Shown: positions 1 through 9,588 of the stretch, piece by piece
How the letters are laid out: each line of letters opens with the position of its first letter
How positions within the stretch are numbered: position 1 is the stretch's first letter
DNA from: a bacterium
Lineage (GTDB): Bacteria; Patescibacteriota; Microgenomatia; Levybacterales; UBA12049
Direction of reading: 5' to 3'
NCBI GenBank assembly: GCA_021791545.1
Contig: JAJYWL010000016.1
Location: 155,704-219,703 of the forward strand
DNA: 64,000 bases
Position numbers and translations under genes: made by a program
The notes under the pieces: model-generated
Seen by the model: the letters and a program-made list of their open reading frames with translations, nothing else
The model's database searches: none
What the model was told of the DNA's origin: nothing

Positions 1-874
1 AGAAATCAATATCGTGCAATAGTTTGAATGATAGGGAGTATGTTGAATTAGAGACAAGTCTATCTCTATTTAGTAAAAGTCCCGTTCTCCAGAGAGACCC
101 GAAGAAAGCGATTACTCTGATAGGAGCGGGAACTTCCCACATGTTACTGTAGTTAACGTTTGCAGATTGCCAGAACTTGTTGTGTCTTTTTTCGTCCGTT
201 AAGAAGCTATATGTAAGATAGGCAAGATATTGTTTATCGAATACGGAATCCGCATCTACGGAAGAAATGGTCGAAAAGTTGATATCAATTTTTCCTCCTT
301 TTACCAATTCTTTATACGCAAGCTTTGCGCCGAATGATTCGTTTGAAGATTTTCCTTTTACTTCTCCTGCAATATCGGGATGGTAGCTTGCCAAAACTCC
401 TCCGAAATTCTTGCTAAATTCGGAAATAAGAGTTTCGGCTTTTTCTTTTGCTTCCTTTTCTCTTTTTTCCATTGCCAAGACTACATAGACTCTTTTAGTA
501 GGGAAGGTTTGTGTCGCAAGACTTTGGAGAGTTCTTCTTAATTTATCTATGTTTTCCTGGTAATTGGGGATAACCAGGATATGGGTCGTCTTGTCGAAGT
601 CTTTTAACTTATTTGCTTTCTTAAGCCAGTTTTCTTTTTCTGCTTCTTTTACTTTAAGCGTTCCTCTCCAGGCGTAATATACGAGAGAGAATGATTTGTA
701 GAACCAATAAACGTCAAAAAAGAGGATAAAGTAAGCGACGAAGGTAGGAATTAAAAAGGAACCCCATAACGGGAAGAGTATTAAGGTCCACGAAACAAGG
801 CCGGGGACCATGTCCAAAGCCCTTCTTGTTTTAATAGGATACCTAAAAAATATTTTTTGAAAAAAGCTAGTCAT
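1..874 (-). CDS. Membrane glycosyltransferase family 2 (5' part; runs off the window edge)
   Basis: Not in the ORF track. Manual translation from ATG 874 gives MTSFFQKIFFRYPIKTRRALDMVPGLVSW..., N-terminal TM helices, then LAMEKRE, HPDIAGEVKGKSSN and a DAD (DxD) motif. Overlaps the tatD stop. Confidence 0.8.
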   Translation of the reverse strand, partial: MTSFFQKIFFRYPIKTRRALDMVPGLVSWTLILFPLWGSFLIPTFVAYFILFFDVYWFYKSFSLVYYAWRGTLKVKEAEKENWLKKANKLKDFDKTTHILVIPNYQENIDKLRRTLQSLATQTFPTKRVYVVLAMEKREKEAKEKAETLISEFSKNFGGVLASYHPDIAGEVKGKSSNESFGAKLAYKELVKGGKIDINFSTISSVDADSVFDKQYLAYLTYSFLTDEKRHNKFWQSANVNYSNMWEVPAPIRVIAFFGSLWRTGLLLNRDRLVSNSTYSLSFKLLHDIDF

Positions 875-1652
875 TTAGGTTAAAAAGATTTTCCGTATTT
901 TTTACCGTAATATCTCTGAATTCTTCTAATGGTATACCTTTGAGATTAGCTATGAAATCGGCTGTTATTATAACATAGCTAGGTTCATTTCGCATTCCGC
1001 GGTGGGGAATGGGGGTAAGCCATGGTGCATCCGTCTCGACAATAATCCTGTCGTTTGGAGTTTTAAGGGCAAGATCCGATAGTTTTGTATCTTCTCCCGG
1101 AGCAAGTCCTTTATATGTTATATTTCCGTCAAAACCGATATAGAATCCGAGGTCTAAAGCTTTATTTAAAAAATCAAAGCTTCCTGCAAAACAATGAATC
1201 ATTCCGGGAGAATTCTTAAACTCATTCTTATAGGAAGTTAAGACATCAATTACGTCATCTCCAGCATGTCTTTGATGAATCTGTAAGGGAAGATTATTTT
1301 TTATAGCTATTTCTATCTGTTTGGAGAAAACATTTTTTTGTATTTTTGGGTCTATCTCGTTTGCAAAATAATCAAGTCCTATTTCTCCTACTCCTACAAC
1401 TTTTTTCTCTTTACACATCCTGTCCAAATCTTGCTCAAAGCTTCCTGCTTTTTCACTGTCATGAGGATGTATTCCTACAATTGCAAAAAGATTATCGTAT
1501 TTTTGGGCAAGATCTATTGCCATTTGGGAGCGTTCAATAGAGGTACCGGCATTAATAATTCTGTCTACACCTTTTTCCTTGGCTCTATTTATTATTTCGT
1601 CCAGATCTTCGTATTTTTCTGAGTAGTTTAAGTGGCAATGGGCATCAATCAT
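867..1652 (-). CDS. tatD: TatD family deoxyribonuclease
   Basis: IDAHCHL, GIHPH, GEIGLDY, IHCF and VETDAPWL motifs. Confidence 0.95.
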   Translation of the reverse strand: MIDAHCHLNYSEKYEDLDEIINRAKEKGVDRIINAGTSIERSQMAIDLAQKYDNLFAIVGIHPHDSEKAGSFEQDLDRMCKEKKVVGVGEIGLDYFANEIDPKIQKNVFSKQIEIAIKNNLPLQIHQRHAGDDVIDVLTSYKNEFKNSPGMIHCFAGSFDFLNKALDLGFYIGFDGNITYKGLAPGEDTKLSDLALKTPNDRIIVETDAPWLTPIPHRGMRNEPSYVIITADFIANLKGIPLEEFRDITVKNTENLFNLND

Positions 1653-1692
1653 TAGTTTATTATAACAACAAAATGTGCATATAATTAAGTCA

Positions 1693-2964
1693 GTGGAAAG
1701 AATAAAAAAATTACTTCGTTCTTTGGGTCCCGGTTTTATAACGGGAGCGGCAGATGATGATCCTTCCGGTATAGCTACATATTCCCAGACGGGTGCACAG
1801 TTTGGATACGGACAGTTATGGACTGCCGTTTTTATGCTTCCTTTTCAGGCAGCTGTTCAGGAAGTAAGTGCAAGAATAGGTGCTGTAACGGGAAAGGGTA
1901 TTGCTGCGGTAGTTAAAGAAAATTATGGAAAGAAAGTTTTATCTGTCGTAGTTTTACTGGTCTTGGTTGCCAATACCATTAATATAGGGGCGGACATTGG
2001 AGCAATGGCAGCAGCAGCAAGACTTATCATCCCTCTTAACTTTGCTCTTTGGACGTTATTCTTTACAGCTTTAATGCTTGTTCTGGAGATTTTTCTTTCA
2101 TATAGGGTTTACTCAAAGATTTTAAAGTGGCTTTGCCTTTCTTTACTTGCTTATCCTATTACTGTTTTCATTGTTTCCCAACCCTGGCTTACGATATTAA
2201 AAGCTACTTTTATTCCTCATATAGAACTTAATTTCCAGTTTCTTTTCATAATAACCGGAGTCTTGGGAACGACAATTTCCCCATATATGTTTTTCTGGCA
2301 GGCATCCGAGGAAACGGAAGAGGAAAGAGCAAAACATCTAATGGGAAAAGACGGTCCCCATATTAATCCAAGGTTCATAAGGAATTTAAGAATAGATAAT
2401 TTTACGGGAATGCTTTTTTCGGAAATAGGAACCTGGTCGATAATTCTGGTAACCGCTACAGTTCTTAATTCTCATGGGATTACGGACATAAGAACTGCTG
2501 CAGATGCGGCAAAAGCATTAGAGCCTTTGGTAAGTACTTTCCCGGATGCCGGACTTATGGCAAAAATTATTTTTGCAACGGGAATAATCGGTCTTGGACT
2601 TTTGGGTGTTCCTGTTCTTGCGGGTTCTGCAGCATATGCGTTTGCCGAAAGTTTCGGACTTAAAGAAGGATTAAACCAGAAGCTTAAGAAAGCTCACGGA
2701 TTTTACGGAGTAATAACTATAGCAACATTAATAGGTTTGATGATTAATTTTATAGGAATAGATCCTATTAAAGCTTTGGTATTTACAGCAGTAATAAACG
2801 GAGTTGTTGCTGTTCCACTAATATTTATAATTGCACTTATTGGAAGAAATAAAAAAATAATGGGTGAGTATACAAGCGGAAAATTATCTAATAGTTTAGT
2901 TTGGATTACTTTTCTTGGGATGGGAGCTGCTGCTGTGGGGATGTTTGTGACCCTTCTTCATTAA
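1693..2964 (+). CDS. NRAMP-family divalent metal transporter
   Basis: LGPGFITGAADDDPSGIATYSQTGA and GTTISPYMFFWQ motifs, many TM helices. Start moved to GTG 1693, which follows TATAAT at 1680-1685. Confidence 0.9.
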   Translation: MERIKKLLRSLGPGFITGAADDDPSGIATYSQTGAQFGYGQLWTAVFMLPFQAAVQEVSARIGAVTGKGIAAVVKENYGKKVLSVVVLLVLVANTINIGADIGAMAAAARLIIPLNFALWTLFFTALMLVLEIFLSYRVYSKILKWLCLSLLAYPITVFIVSQPWLTILKATFIPHIELNFQFLFIITGVLGTTISPYMFFWQASEETEEERAKHLMGKDGPHINPRFIRNLRIDNFTGMLFSEIGTWSIILVTATVLNSHGITDIRTAADAAKALEPLVSTFPDAGLMAKIIFATGIIGLGLLGVPVLAGSAAYAFAESFGLKEGLNQKLKKAHGFYGVITIATLIGLMINFIGIDPIKALVFTAVINGVVAVPLIFIIALIGRNKKIMGEYTSGKLSNSLVWITFLGMGAAAVGMFVTLLH

Positions 2965-3538
2965 GATTCATTCCTGCTCTTGATTTTGCTTCCAGTATTT
3001 TTTCTCCAAAAATTTTGTTGTCCCAGAGCTCTACTTTCATGCTAGTTGCATAGTTTATCGCCAAAGGGGTGAATTGTTTTAAGTTTGCTATTAAAAGAGC
3101 ATTCTGAGTTTTATAAAAGTTCTTTCTGTCTTCTACTTCTTTTACCGCGTTAACGTCATTTCCTACGATTTGGTTTTTTCCTCTTACCATTGTAGTTACG
3201 TTATCCTTTACTACTATTAAATCTACTCCCGCTCCTCCCAAAGATTTTCCGGGATTTATTACCTTATATCCCAATCTTCTAAAAAAGTTGGTAAGGAAGA
3301 TGAAGAATTCATCGTCAGGCATATCTGCAACTTCAAAGATGTTTGCGTTTATTATTTTTCTTTTTCTCGTAAAGTTATATATGAGAAAAGCAAAAGGAGA
3401 ATAGGCGATGACAAGAAGAAGAAAAACAATTACCCAGAAATATGGGCTCGTAAGGACGGAATCTGGAATACGGTTCGGAAGATTTATTCCGCTAGGAATA
3501 GATACTTGTGGTATTGAAACAGGGAGAGATACAGCCAT
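2906..3538 (-). CDS. Membrane-anchored Mrr_cat-like protein with degenerate active site
   Basis: TM helix followed by FFRRLGY, GVDLI, AVKEV, FTPLA and VELWD as in Mrr_cat; the QxK motif reads RGK. Confidence 0.7.
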   Translation of the reverse strand: MAVSLPVSIPQVSIPSGINLPNRIPDSVLTSPYFWVIVFLLLVIAYSPFAFLIYNFTRKRKIINANIFEVADMPDDEFFIFLTNFFRRLGYKVINPGKSLGGAGVDLIVVKDNVTTMVRGKNQIVGNDVNAVKEVEDRKNFYKTQNALLIANLKQFTPLAINYATSMKVELWDNKIFGEKILEAKSRAGMNLNEEGSQTSPQQQLPSQEK

Positions 3539-3555
3539 AGTTTAATTCTACAACA

Positions 3556-3705
3556 TTAGTAGCCTAAGATGAACTTTCTGTTATTGTCTTTGGAACTATC
3601 GGGATAGGTCTTCATATGGGGTTTAACGAAAGTACCGTTTTTTCTTAAGTATCCGTTTTGGTACCTGAGCATTCCTCCGTTTTTGTAAATCCGTAGGTGC
3701 TTCAC
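3556..3705 (-). CDS. Small basic 49-aa protein (GYxRKNGTxVxPHxxTxPD motif)
   Basis: Manual translation VKHLRIYKNGGMLRYQNGYLRKNGTFVKPHMKTYPDSSKDNNRKFILGY; TATAAT lies 7 nt before the GTG. Confidence 0.6.
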   Translation of the reverse strand: MKHLRIYKNGGMLRYQNGYLRKNGTFVKPHMKTYPDSSKDNNRKFILGY

Positions 3706-3761
3706 TATCTAAATTATACAACTTCTTAGCAATTTTTAGGCTTAAAGTGTATAATTTTAGA

Positions 3762-3992
3762 ATGCGAAATAAGCTCTTGGTAGGACTCTCAATAATTGCA
3801 ATTGTTTATATGATAAAGCCTCTTCTGCCGGTATCTACTCATTCTGTTTCGAATCAAGTAGCAACTCCTACTCCTTCTTCTACGGTAACAGTTAGTCCTT
3901 TGCCTTCTTCGTTACCTTCTGTTACTCCTATTCCTACAAAACATTCGATAATAAGACCGGGAGACGGGGGAGAAGGAGCTTTCGATAATTAA
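3762..3992 (+). CDS. Small secreted or membrane-anchored Pro/Ser/Thr-rich protein
   Basis: Signal-like N-terminus from ATG 3762 (TATAAT 6 nt upstream) and a PST-rich linker. Confidence 0.6.
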   Translation: MRNKLLVGLSIIAIVYMIKPLLPVSTHSVSNQVATPTPSSTVTVSPLPSSLPSVTPIPTKHSIIRPGDGGEGAFDN

Positions 3993-4028
3993 TTTGCATT
4001 TTTTTCCGTCTTGATACCATAATTAGTT

Positions 4029-4640
4029 ATGCCCGACAAGTTAAAAAGTCAGGTATCTTCATCTAGGCCCCGAGATGAGAAGGGGCATTTTATTAGTGTA
4101 CCGACAGCCGCAACAGAGGGAACGAAGTTAGTAAAAGAATTTTTAGCCTCTCATACGGGAAACTACAAAGCTCAGGAAGATTTATTGGATATTAGAATAG
4201 GAAATCCTCTAAGGAGAGTAATAGAACTTTTGGAAGATATTAAAAACCAAAAAGCGTTCTCTTTCACGCTAAAAGGTTCTTTGGGAATTGCAGGAGTTGT
4301 TCTTTTAATCTCGGCATTTGGTTTATTTGGAGGAGATAAAATTATTTGCGACAGGGGAACACAGACGGAAATTGGGACGATAAGGATTTTGGAGGCAAGA
4401 GAGATTTATTCAAAAAATAATTCTTTAATACAAAAACTTTTGGGAGTAGAATCGCAGAAGAAAATTGTAAATAGAACTGTGTTGATTCAAGGAGGAACAA
4501 CTCTTTATATTCCTTATAACGAAAATATAAATTTTTCCACATATTCAAATCAGCAGGTAATTGTTACTGGAAATCTTAATTCCTGTTCAAATACATTAAC
4601 TTTGGATGATCCTCAAGGAATGGAGATATTTATTAAGTAA
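4029..4640 (+). CDS. Hypothetical single-TM protein
   Basis: 203-aa ORF with a central TM helix and two Cys in the C-terminal domain. Confidence 0.7.
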   Translation: MPDKLKSQVSSSRPRDEKGHFISVPTAATEGTKLVKEFLASHTGNYKAQEDLLDIRIGNPLRRVIELLEDIKNQKAFSFTLKGSLGIAGVVLLISAFGLFGGDKIICDRGTQTEIGTIRILEAREIYSKNNSLIQKLLGVESQKKIVNRTVLIQGGTTLYIPYNENINFSTYSNQQVIVTGNLNSCSNTLTLDDPQGMEIFIK

Positions 4641-5337
4641 AATTTCTAGTTCCGTCACATTGAGGATAATTTGAACATCCCCAAAATTCTCCATATTGGC
4701 TCGTTCTTAAAACCATAATAGCCCTACATTTTGGACAGGCTGGAATTTCTCTTTGTTCTTTTGATTTTAAAATATTGTTTATTAATTCTTCCCTATCCCA
4801 AAGTATTATATTATTAGCTCGGGCTAATTCTTTTGCTTCTTCTGTAAAATGACTGTTTGTGACAACCCAGCCTGATGTACAGTTTCTTGGTTTAATAACT
4901 GTATTAACTTCTCTAACCGCATCTGGTCCAACATTTTCCTGATATCTTTTTGCTTGAACAGCAATTCTTGCTCCGCCCATTTCAATGATTAAGTCAGAGC
5001 CCAAATCTCCTGTGTGTCCTGTATGTTGGACTTTGTAACCTAGTTTTGAGAATAAACTACAAAGAAAATTTTCAAAATCTTGTCCTGACATTTTGTCGAC
5101 TTCATCTATTCCAGCTTTAGATAAGCGATATTGTTTATAAACTTTATTTGCAACCAAAAATAAAAGGACAGCTGCTCCAAAAGTATAAATATACCAAATT
5201 TGAGAAAAAAGCTGTCTAGTCTGAGGAACGAAAATAAATAAAAACATGGCCATTAACAAAAGAACTCCTAATTCTTCAGGTTTTGGAGTATTGTTTCTTC
5301 GATGATAATATCTATGTCTATACCAATATCTTGCCAT
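4633..5337 (-). CDS. Membrane-anchored Mrr_cat restriction endonuclease-like protein with C-terminal topoisomerase-type Zn ribbon
   Basis: Two TM helices; MSGQDFE..LGY, GDLGSD and VQAKRY; C-terminal CPKC...FWGCSNYPQC. Confidence 0.9.
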   Translation of the reverse strand: MARYWYRHRYYHRRNNTPKPEELGVLLLMAMFLFIFVPQTRQLFSQIWYIYTFGAAVLLFLVANKVYKQYRLSKAGIDEVDKMSGQDFENFLCSLFSKLGYKVQHTGHTGDLGSDLIIEMGGARIAVQAKRYQENVGPDAVREVNTVIKPRNCTSGWVVTNSHFTEEAKELARANNIILWDREELINNILKSKEQREIPACPKCRAIMVLRTSQYGEFWGCSNYPQCDGTRNFT

Positions 5338-5415
5338 AACTCAATTCAACTACATTTATATTTTTTTATCAATTAATTTATATTTTAAGAGAAGTTATTT
5401 GTTAGAATTTAATTA

Positions 5416-6033
5416 ATGCTTTTAACAATATTAATTGTAGGTATAGTTTTGATCTTTATATTTAAATTTTTTAAAGAGTTACAAAATTTTTCTCCTGATG
5501 TACCTGATTTAGAAAAATATAAAACTATCTTAGATGTTCTGTTAAGATCTACTGGTAATTCAACTACAACTCAGATTGACAAGATTATAGTTTCTAATTT
5601 TGGAATTTTTTGTATAGAAGAAAAAGCATTAAATGGTTGGATTTATGGCAATGTTGAAAGTAAATACTGGAAACAATTTTTACAAAGTAAAGAATTTAAA
5701 TTTTATAATCCATTTAGGCAAAATTATGCTCATGTCAAAGCATTAGAGGTTTTATTAGGAAATCATTTAAATGCTCCAATTGTTTCTTTAGTAGCTTTTA
5801 CTAGAGCGGACAAAATTAAAGTCAGTGGAACTGATTTAGTGGGAGATCAAGTTAGAATTGATGAAATAATAAAATCTTATACCCGAGAAGTTTATTGTGA
5901 TGAAGAAAGAGATTATATATTTGATCTAATTGGAAGAGCTAATATAGAAAACAGGGAAGAACGAATACGACATGATATACAAGTTGAAGAAATTCAGAAA
6001 GCCAAAAATTCGTACTTATCAAGGCATCTTTAA
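5416..6033 (+). CDS. NERD nuclease-related domain protein with N-terminal TM
   Basis: TQIDKIIVSNFGIFCIEEK...GWIYG...NPFRQNYAHVKAL. Confidence 0.9.
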   Translation: MLLTILIVGIVLIFIFKFFKELQNFSPDVPDLEKYKTILDVLLRSTGNSTTTQIDKIIVSNFGIFCIEEKALNGWIYGNVESKYWKQFLQSKEFKFYNPFRQNYAHVKALEVLLGNHLNAPIVSLVAFTRADKIKVSGTDLVGDQVRIDEIIKSYTREVYCDEERDYIFDLIGRANIENREERIRHDIQVEEIQKAKNSYLSRHL

Positions 6034-6089
6034 TTTCTTACTCTAAATTTACTCAACCTTAAAAATTATCCTGTAAAGTTTTAATAACT

Positions 6090-6452
6090 GTGGATAACGA
6101 TTTAACTTTTCTGTCTGAGACAGACGATTATTATACAGTCAAAAATGAAAAAGAACAGGTAATAGATCTCCCAAGAAAAGGTGGAGTAGGTAGTTCTTTG
6201 TATAAACCCCTTCCTAAGAAATTCCATCCTGGATGGTTACAACTTGCCTTTTTCGGTTTGTCTTTGGGAGGGCTCCTTGCAGTAATATTTGGACCATTGG
6301 AAATTTGGGATAACTTAAGTCTTTTGAGAAATAAAGAACTTAATCAAGAAGAAATAGTTCATGCAAAAAATTATCTATTTGTTTCTTTAATCCTTCTATT
6401 CTTTGGTGCAATATTCTTTATTCTATTTTTAATTCATTTAATATACGTATGA
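6090..6452 (+). CDS. Hypothetical membrane protein
   Basis: Two TM segments; ATGA overlap with the downstream GT2 gene. Confidence 0.65.
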   Translation: MDNDLTFLSETDDYYTVKNEKEQVIDLPRKGGVGSSLYKPLPKKFHPGWLQLAFFGLSLGGLLAVIFGPLEIWDNLSLLRNKELNQEEIVHAKNYLFVSLILLFFGAIFFILFLIHLIYV

Positions 6453-8656
6453 TTACAGAAGCTTTAGATTTATCGGCAATTTTATTTTTAATAAGCTTTG
6501 TCCCTCTTGTTCTTTTTGGAACAAGGACAAATATTTCTAATCGTTTTGTTTCCCTTGCCTGGCTTCTGATTGTAATGGGAATAGGAAGTTTGTTTGTACG
6601 GAACAATTTTATTCTCTATTCAATAATTACACTTGAAGGAATATTTTGGATTACTTTACTTCCTGACTGGAATTTCATAGCAAAAGTTGCTTGGACTAAT
6701 TTATTTACCCTTACTATCGTCTATCTTATTTATTCTTTCCAGATAACCGCTTTTGCAACTGCAAATATTCTTGGATATACCCTTGCCCTCATGTTTTTCT
6801 TAATAGAAACATTCGCTCTTTTTCTTACTCTTTCTTACGCCTTTGAAGCTCTGGATACTCTTTGTAGGACGCATTGGAGAAGAAGAGTAAACAAGGTGCC
6901 CGCGGGGACAAGAGATCCAAAAGTTTCTTTACACCTTCCCTGTTATAACGAACCTGCGGATATTGTTATAAAAACATTGGAAGGTCTTTCAAAGCTTAAC
7001 TATCCCAATTTTGAAGTTTTGGTAATTGATAACAATACTCCAGATAAAGCGACCTGGAAACCTCTTGAGGAAGCTTGTGAAAGACTGGGAGAAAGATTTA
7101 AATTTTATCATTTGGGAAACTGGCCGGGATATAAGTCGGGGGCACTTAATTTTGCATTATCCCAAACTGCAAAGGATGCCGAATTTGTCGGAATTATAGA
7201 TTCCGATTATGAAGTAAATCCCGATTTCTTAAGCGATCTCATCCCTCTTTTTCAAAATGAAAAAATCGCTTTTGTCCAGACACCTCAGGATTATAGGGGA
7301 GAGAATGAAAATTCATTTTTTAAGGCTGCATATTTAGGATATAAATATTTCTTTAACGTTTCTATGCAATCAAGAAACGAAAGAAACGCAATAATATTTG
7401 CGGGAACAATGGGACTTATTAGAAAATCCGTACTTTTGGAAATAGGTGGTTGGGACGAATGGTGTATTACAGAAGATGCAGAAGCAAGTCTACGAATTCT
7501 TAAGCTAGGATACGAATCTTTATATGTCCATAAAAGTTACGGTAAAGGATTAATGCCACTTACCTTTGATGAATTTAAAAAACAAAGATTCAGATGGTGT
7601 TTCGGAGGAATACAGATATTAAAAAAACACTGGGAAGCTCTTTTACCCTGGTCTAATATTACGGACCCTACAAACAAACTTACTTTTGCCCAGAAATATA
7701 ACTATCTAGTCGGAGGACTTCAATGGTATAACGATTTACTCAATTTATTTTTTGCATTCTTTCTTATATTAGGAGGAATATTAAGTTTATATCCCCAGAT
7801 CCAGGGATTTATTCCATATAGGGAGCCTCTTATTTTAATCCCGACAGTATTTCTAGTAACAGGACTTTGGAGATTTGTCTGGGTTTTGAAAAACGCTTTA
7901 AATCTTTCTACAAGAGAAGCAATTTCCGCAATGTCTAATTTTTTCAGTTTCGGTTGGGCTATTACTTTGGGAAGTGTACAGGGACTTGTCAGAAAACAGG
8001 GTGTATTTTTAAGGACCTCAAAAGCAAATCCGAAGTTGAAAATCTTAAGTGCAATAAGATCTACGGAGACAGAGACTGCAATAGCAGTTATATGTTTTGC
8101 CGCAGCTTTCGGTTTTGTCTATTTTAGACAAAATATTCTTATCTTTACCTTGGCACTTTTACTCTTATGGCAGGGAGGATTATTTTTCTCCGCTCCTTTA
8201 TATAGCTTGGTTAGTACCAGGGAAAATGTACCCCAGAGAGCGGAAGTTCCCGGAGAAGTGGGAGTAAGCGAAAGCTCAGCAGCAACATGGATATTTCTTA
8301 TAATGGCCGCAATTGCAACCGCTGTAGTTGCTCTTAATTTTTCACCGCGTCCTAAAACTCCTCCGCCTTTTAGTAATCTGGCTCCACAACCTGTTTCGGT
8401 ACCGGTAATAACAACTCCTACTATTACTCCGTCTCCTATTCCAAGCGCTACTCCGACAGTTACTCCTAAGCCCACCACAAGTCCAACTCCGTCCGCGAGT
8501 CCTACTCCAAAGAAGAATACTCCGACTCCAAAGCCGACTCCTAAACCTACTCCCAAGCCTACTGCCTCTCCGAGTCCATCACCTTCTTCTAAGCCAAGTC
8601 CAACGCTTGCTCCTTCTCCTACTGGAACATCGTCGGGAATTCTACCGGGTCTTTGA
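6449..8656 (+). CDS. Processive GT2 beta-glycan synthase (cellulose synthase/NdvB-like) with Pro/Thr/Ser-rich tail
   Basis: PCYNE, DNN, KSGALN, DSD, FVQTPQ, TED and QRFRW motifs; multiple TM helices. Confidence 0.9.
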   Translation: MITEALDLSAILFLISFVPLVLFGTRTNISNRFVSLAWLLIVMGIGSLFVRNNFILYSIITLEGIFWITLLPDWNFIAKVAWTNLFTLTIVYLIYSFQITAFATANILGYTLALMFFLIETFALFLTLSYAFEALDTLCRTHWRRRVNKVPAGTRDPKVSLHLPCYNEPADIVIKTLEGLSKLNYPNFEVLVIDNNTPDKATWKPLEEACERLGERFKFYHLGNWPGYKSGALNFALSQTAKDAEFVGIIDSDYEVNPDFLSDLIPLFQNEKIAFVQTPQDYRGENENSFFKAAYLGYKYFFNVSMQSRNERNAIIFAGTMGLIRKSVLLEIGGWDEWCITEDAEASLRILKLGYESLYVHKSYGKGLMPLTFDEFKKQRFRWCFGGIQILKKHWEALLPWSNITDPTNKLTFAQKYNYLVGGLQWYNDLLNLFFAFFLILGGILSLYPQIQGFIPYREPLILIPTVFLVTGLWRFVWVLKNALNLSTREAISAMSNFFSFGWAITLGSVQGLVRKQGVFLRTSKANPKLKILSAIRSTETETAIAVICFAAAFGFVYFRQNILIFTLALLLLWQGGLFFSAPLYSLVSTRENVPQRAEVPGEVGVSESSAATWIFLIMAAIATAVVALNFSPRPKTPPPFSNLAPQPVSVPVITTPTITPSPIPSATPTVTPKPTTSPTPSASPTPKKNTPTPKPTPKPTPKPTASPSPSPSSKPSPTLAPSPTGTSSGILPGL

Positions 8657-8693
8657 TTTGACTTACCCTAATAAATTTTGAAATGATTAATCT

Positions 8694-9161
8694 ATGATTA
8701 AGAAGTATAAGTTGCTGTTTTTGTCTTTAGCTCTTTGTTTGGGGACAGGGGCCCTTGGTTCTTTTTTTACAATTTCTTCAATTCCCACTTGGTACGCTAC
8801 TTTAAATAAACCGTTTTTTACTCCGCCTAATTTTGTTTTTGGACCCGTCTGGACAACCCTTTATGTTTTAATGGCAATTGCTTTATATCTTGTTCTCTCT
8901 AAGAAAACTAAAGATAAGCTTCCTTTATATTATTTCTTAATTCAGCTTTTACTTAACTTCTTATGGTCTGTAATTTTCTTTTATTTGCATCTTCCGTTAG
9001 TTGCATATCTGGAGATAGTTCTTCTTTGGATATTTACTGCTTTGACAATAAAATCATTTTATAAATATTCGAGGAAAGCTTTTTATCTTATGGTTCCTTA
9101 TATATTGTGGATTACCTTTGCTTCTTTTTTGAATCTTGGAGTAGTACTTTTAAATCATTAA
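8694..9161 (+). CDS. tspO: TspO/MBR tryptophan-rich sensory protein
   Basis: WYATLNKPFFTPPNFVFGPVWT, LNFLWS and PYILW motifs. Confidence 0.95.
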   Translation: MIKKYKLLFLSLALCLGTGALGSFFTISSIPTWYATLNKPFFTPPNFVFGPVWTTLYVLMAIALYLVLSKKTKDKLPLYYFLIQLLLNFLWSVIFFYLHLPLVAYLEIVLLWIFTALTIKSFYKYSRKAFYLMVPYILWITFASFLNLGVVLLNH

Positions 9162-9531
9162 CTTCACTAAGAGGTACAAAACCTGCAGGTTTCAAATCAT
9201 TTATTCTTCTTTTTCTATTTTCTATCTCTACTCTAACTTGTTGTTCTGTAAAATTTCCACCCCAGTAGGGATGTTTCTCGTGCATTCTTATTATGTCTCC
9301 TAATAATCTTTTGTCTACAGGGTCAACGGGAGTATATGCTCCGGCAATCGTATATATGTGCCAGAATTGTCCTTCTCTTGCAATAATGCTTCTGTCTTTA
9401 TCGGGGAAACTCAAAATATAAAATTTGGAGGTAATTGCTTCAGTTAAATCTACTGAGAAGGAAGGCGCCCCGGATAAACCGAGTCTTGCTATGCGGGTTT
9501 CCTCAGGTTCGAGAGTAGGTGCTTCAACCAC
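9112..9531 (-). CDS. Hypothetical protein
   Basis: In the ORF track. Start probably GTG 9531 (TATACT 6 nt upstream). The 3' end overlaps tspO. Confidence 0.55.
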   Translation of the reverse strand: MVEAPTLEPEETRIARLGLSGAPSFSVDLTEAITSKFYILSFPDKDRSIIAREGQFWHIYTIAGAYTPVDPVDKRLLGDIIRMHEKHPYWGGNFTEQQVRVEIENRKRRINDLKPAGFVPLSEVNDLKVLLQDSKKKQR

Positions 9532-9588
9532 TCTCATAGTATACACTTCTCCAAGAAGAAACCCATGTGAAAGGTGTATACTTTCGGT

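Noticed and set aside
8119-8556. Gly/Val-rich antisense ORF
   Set aside because: Shadow of the Pro/Thr-rich tail of the GT2 gene
9538-9582. Inverted repeat AGTATACAC...GTGTATACT as MITE ends or an operator
   Set aside because: Explained by back-to-back TATACT -10 boxes of two divergent leaderless genes
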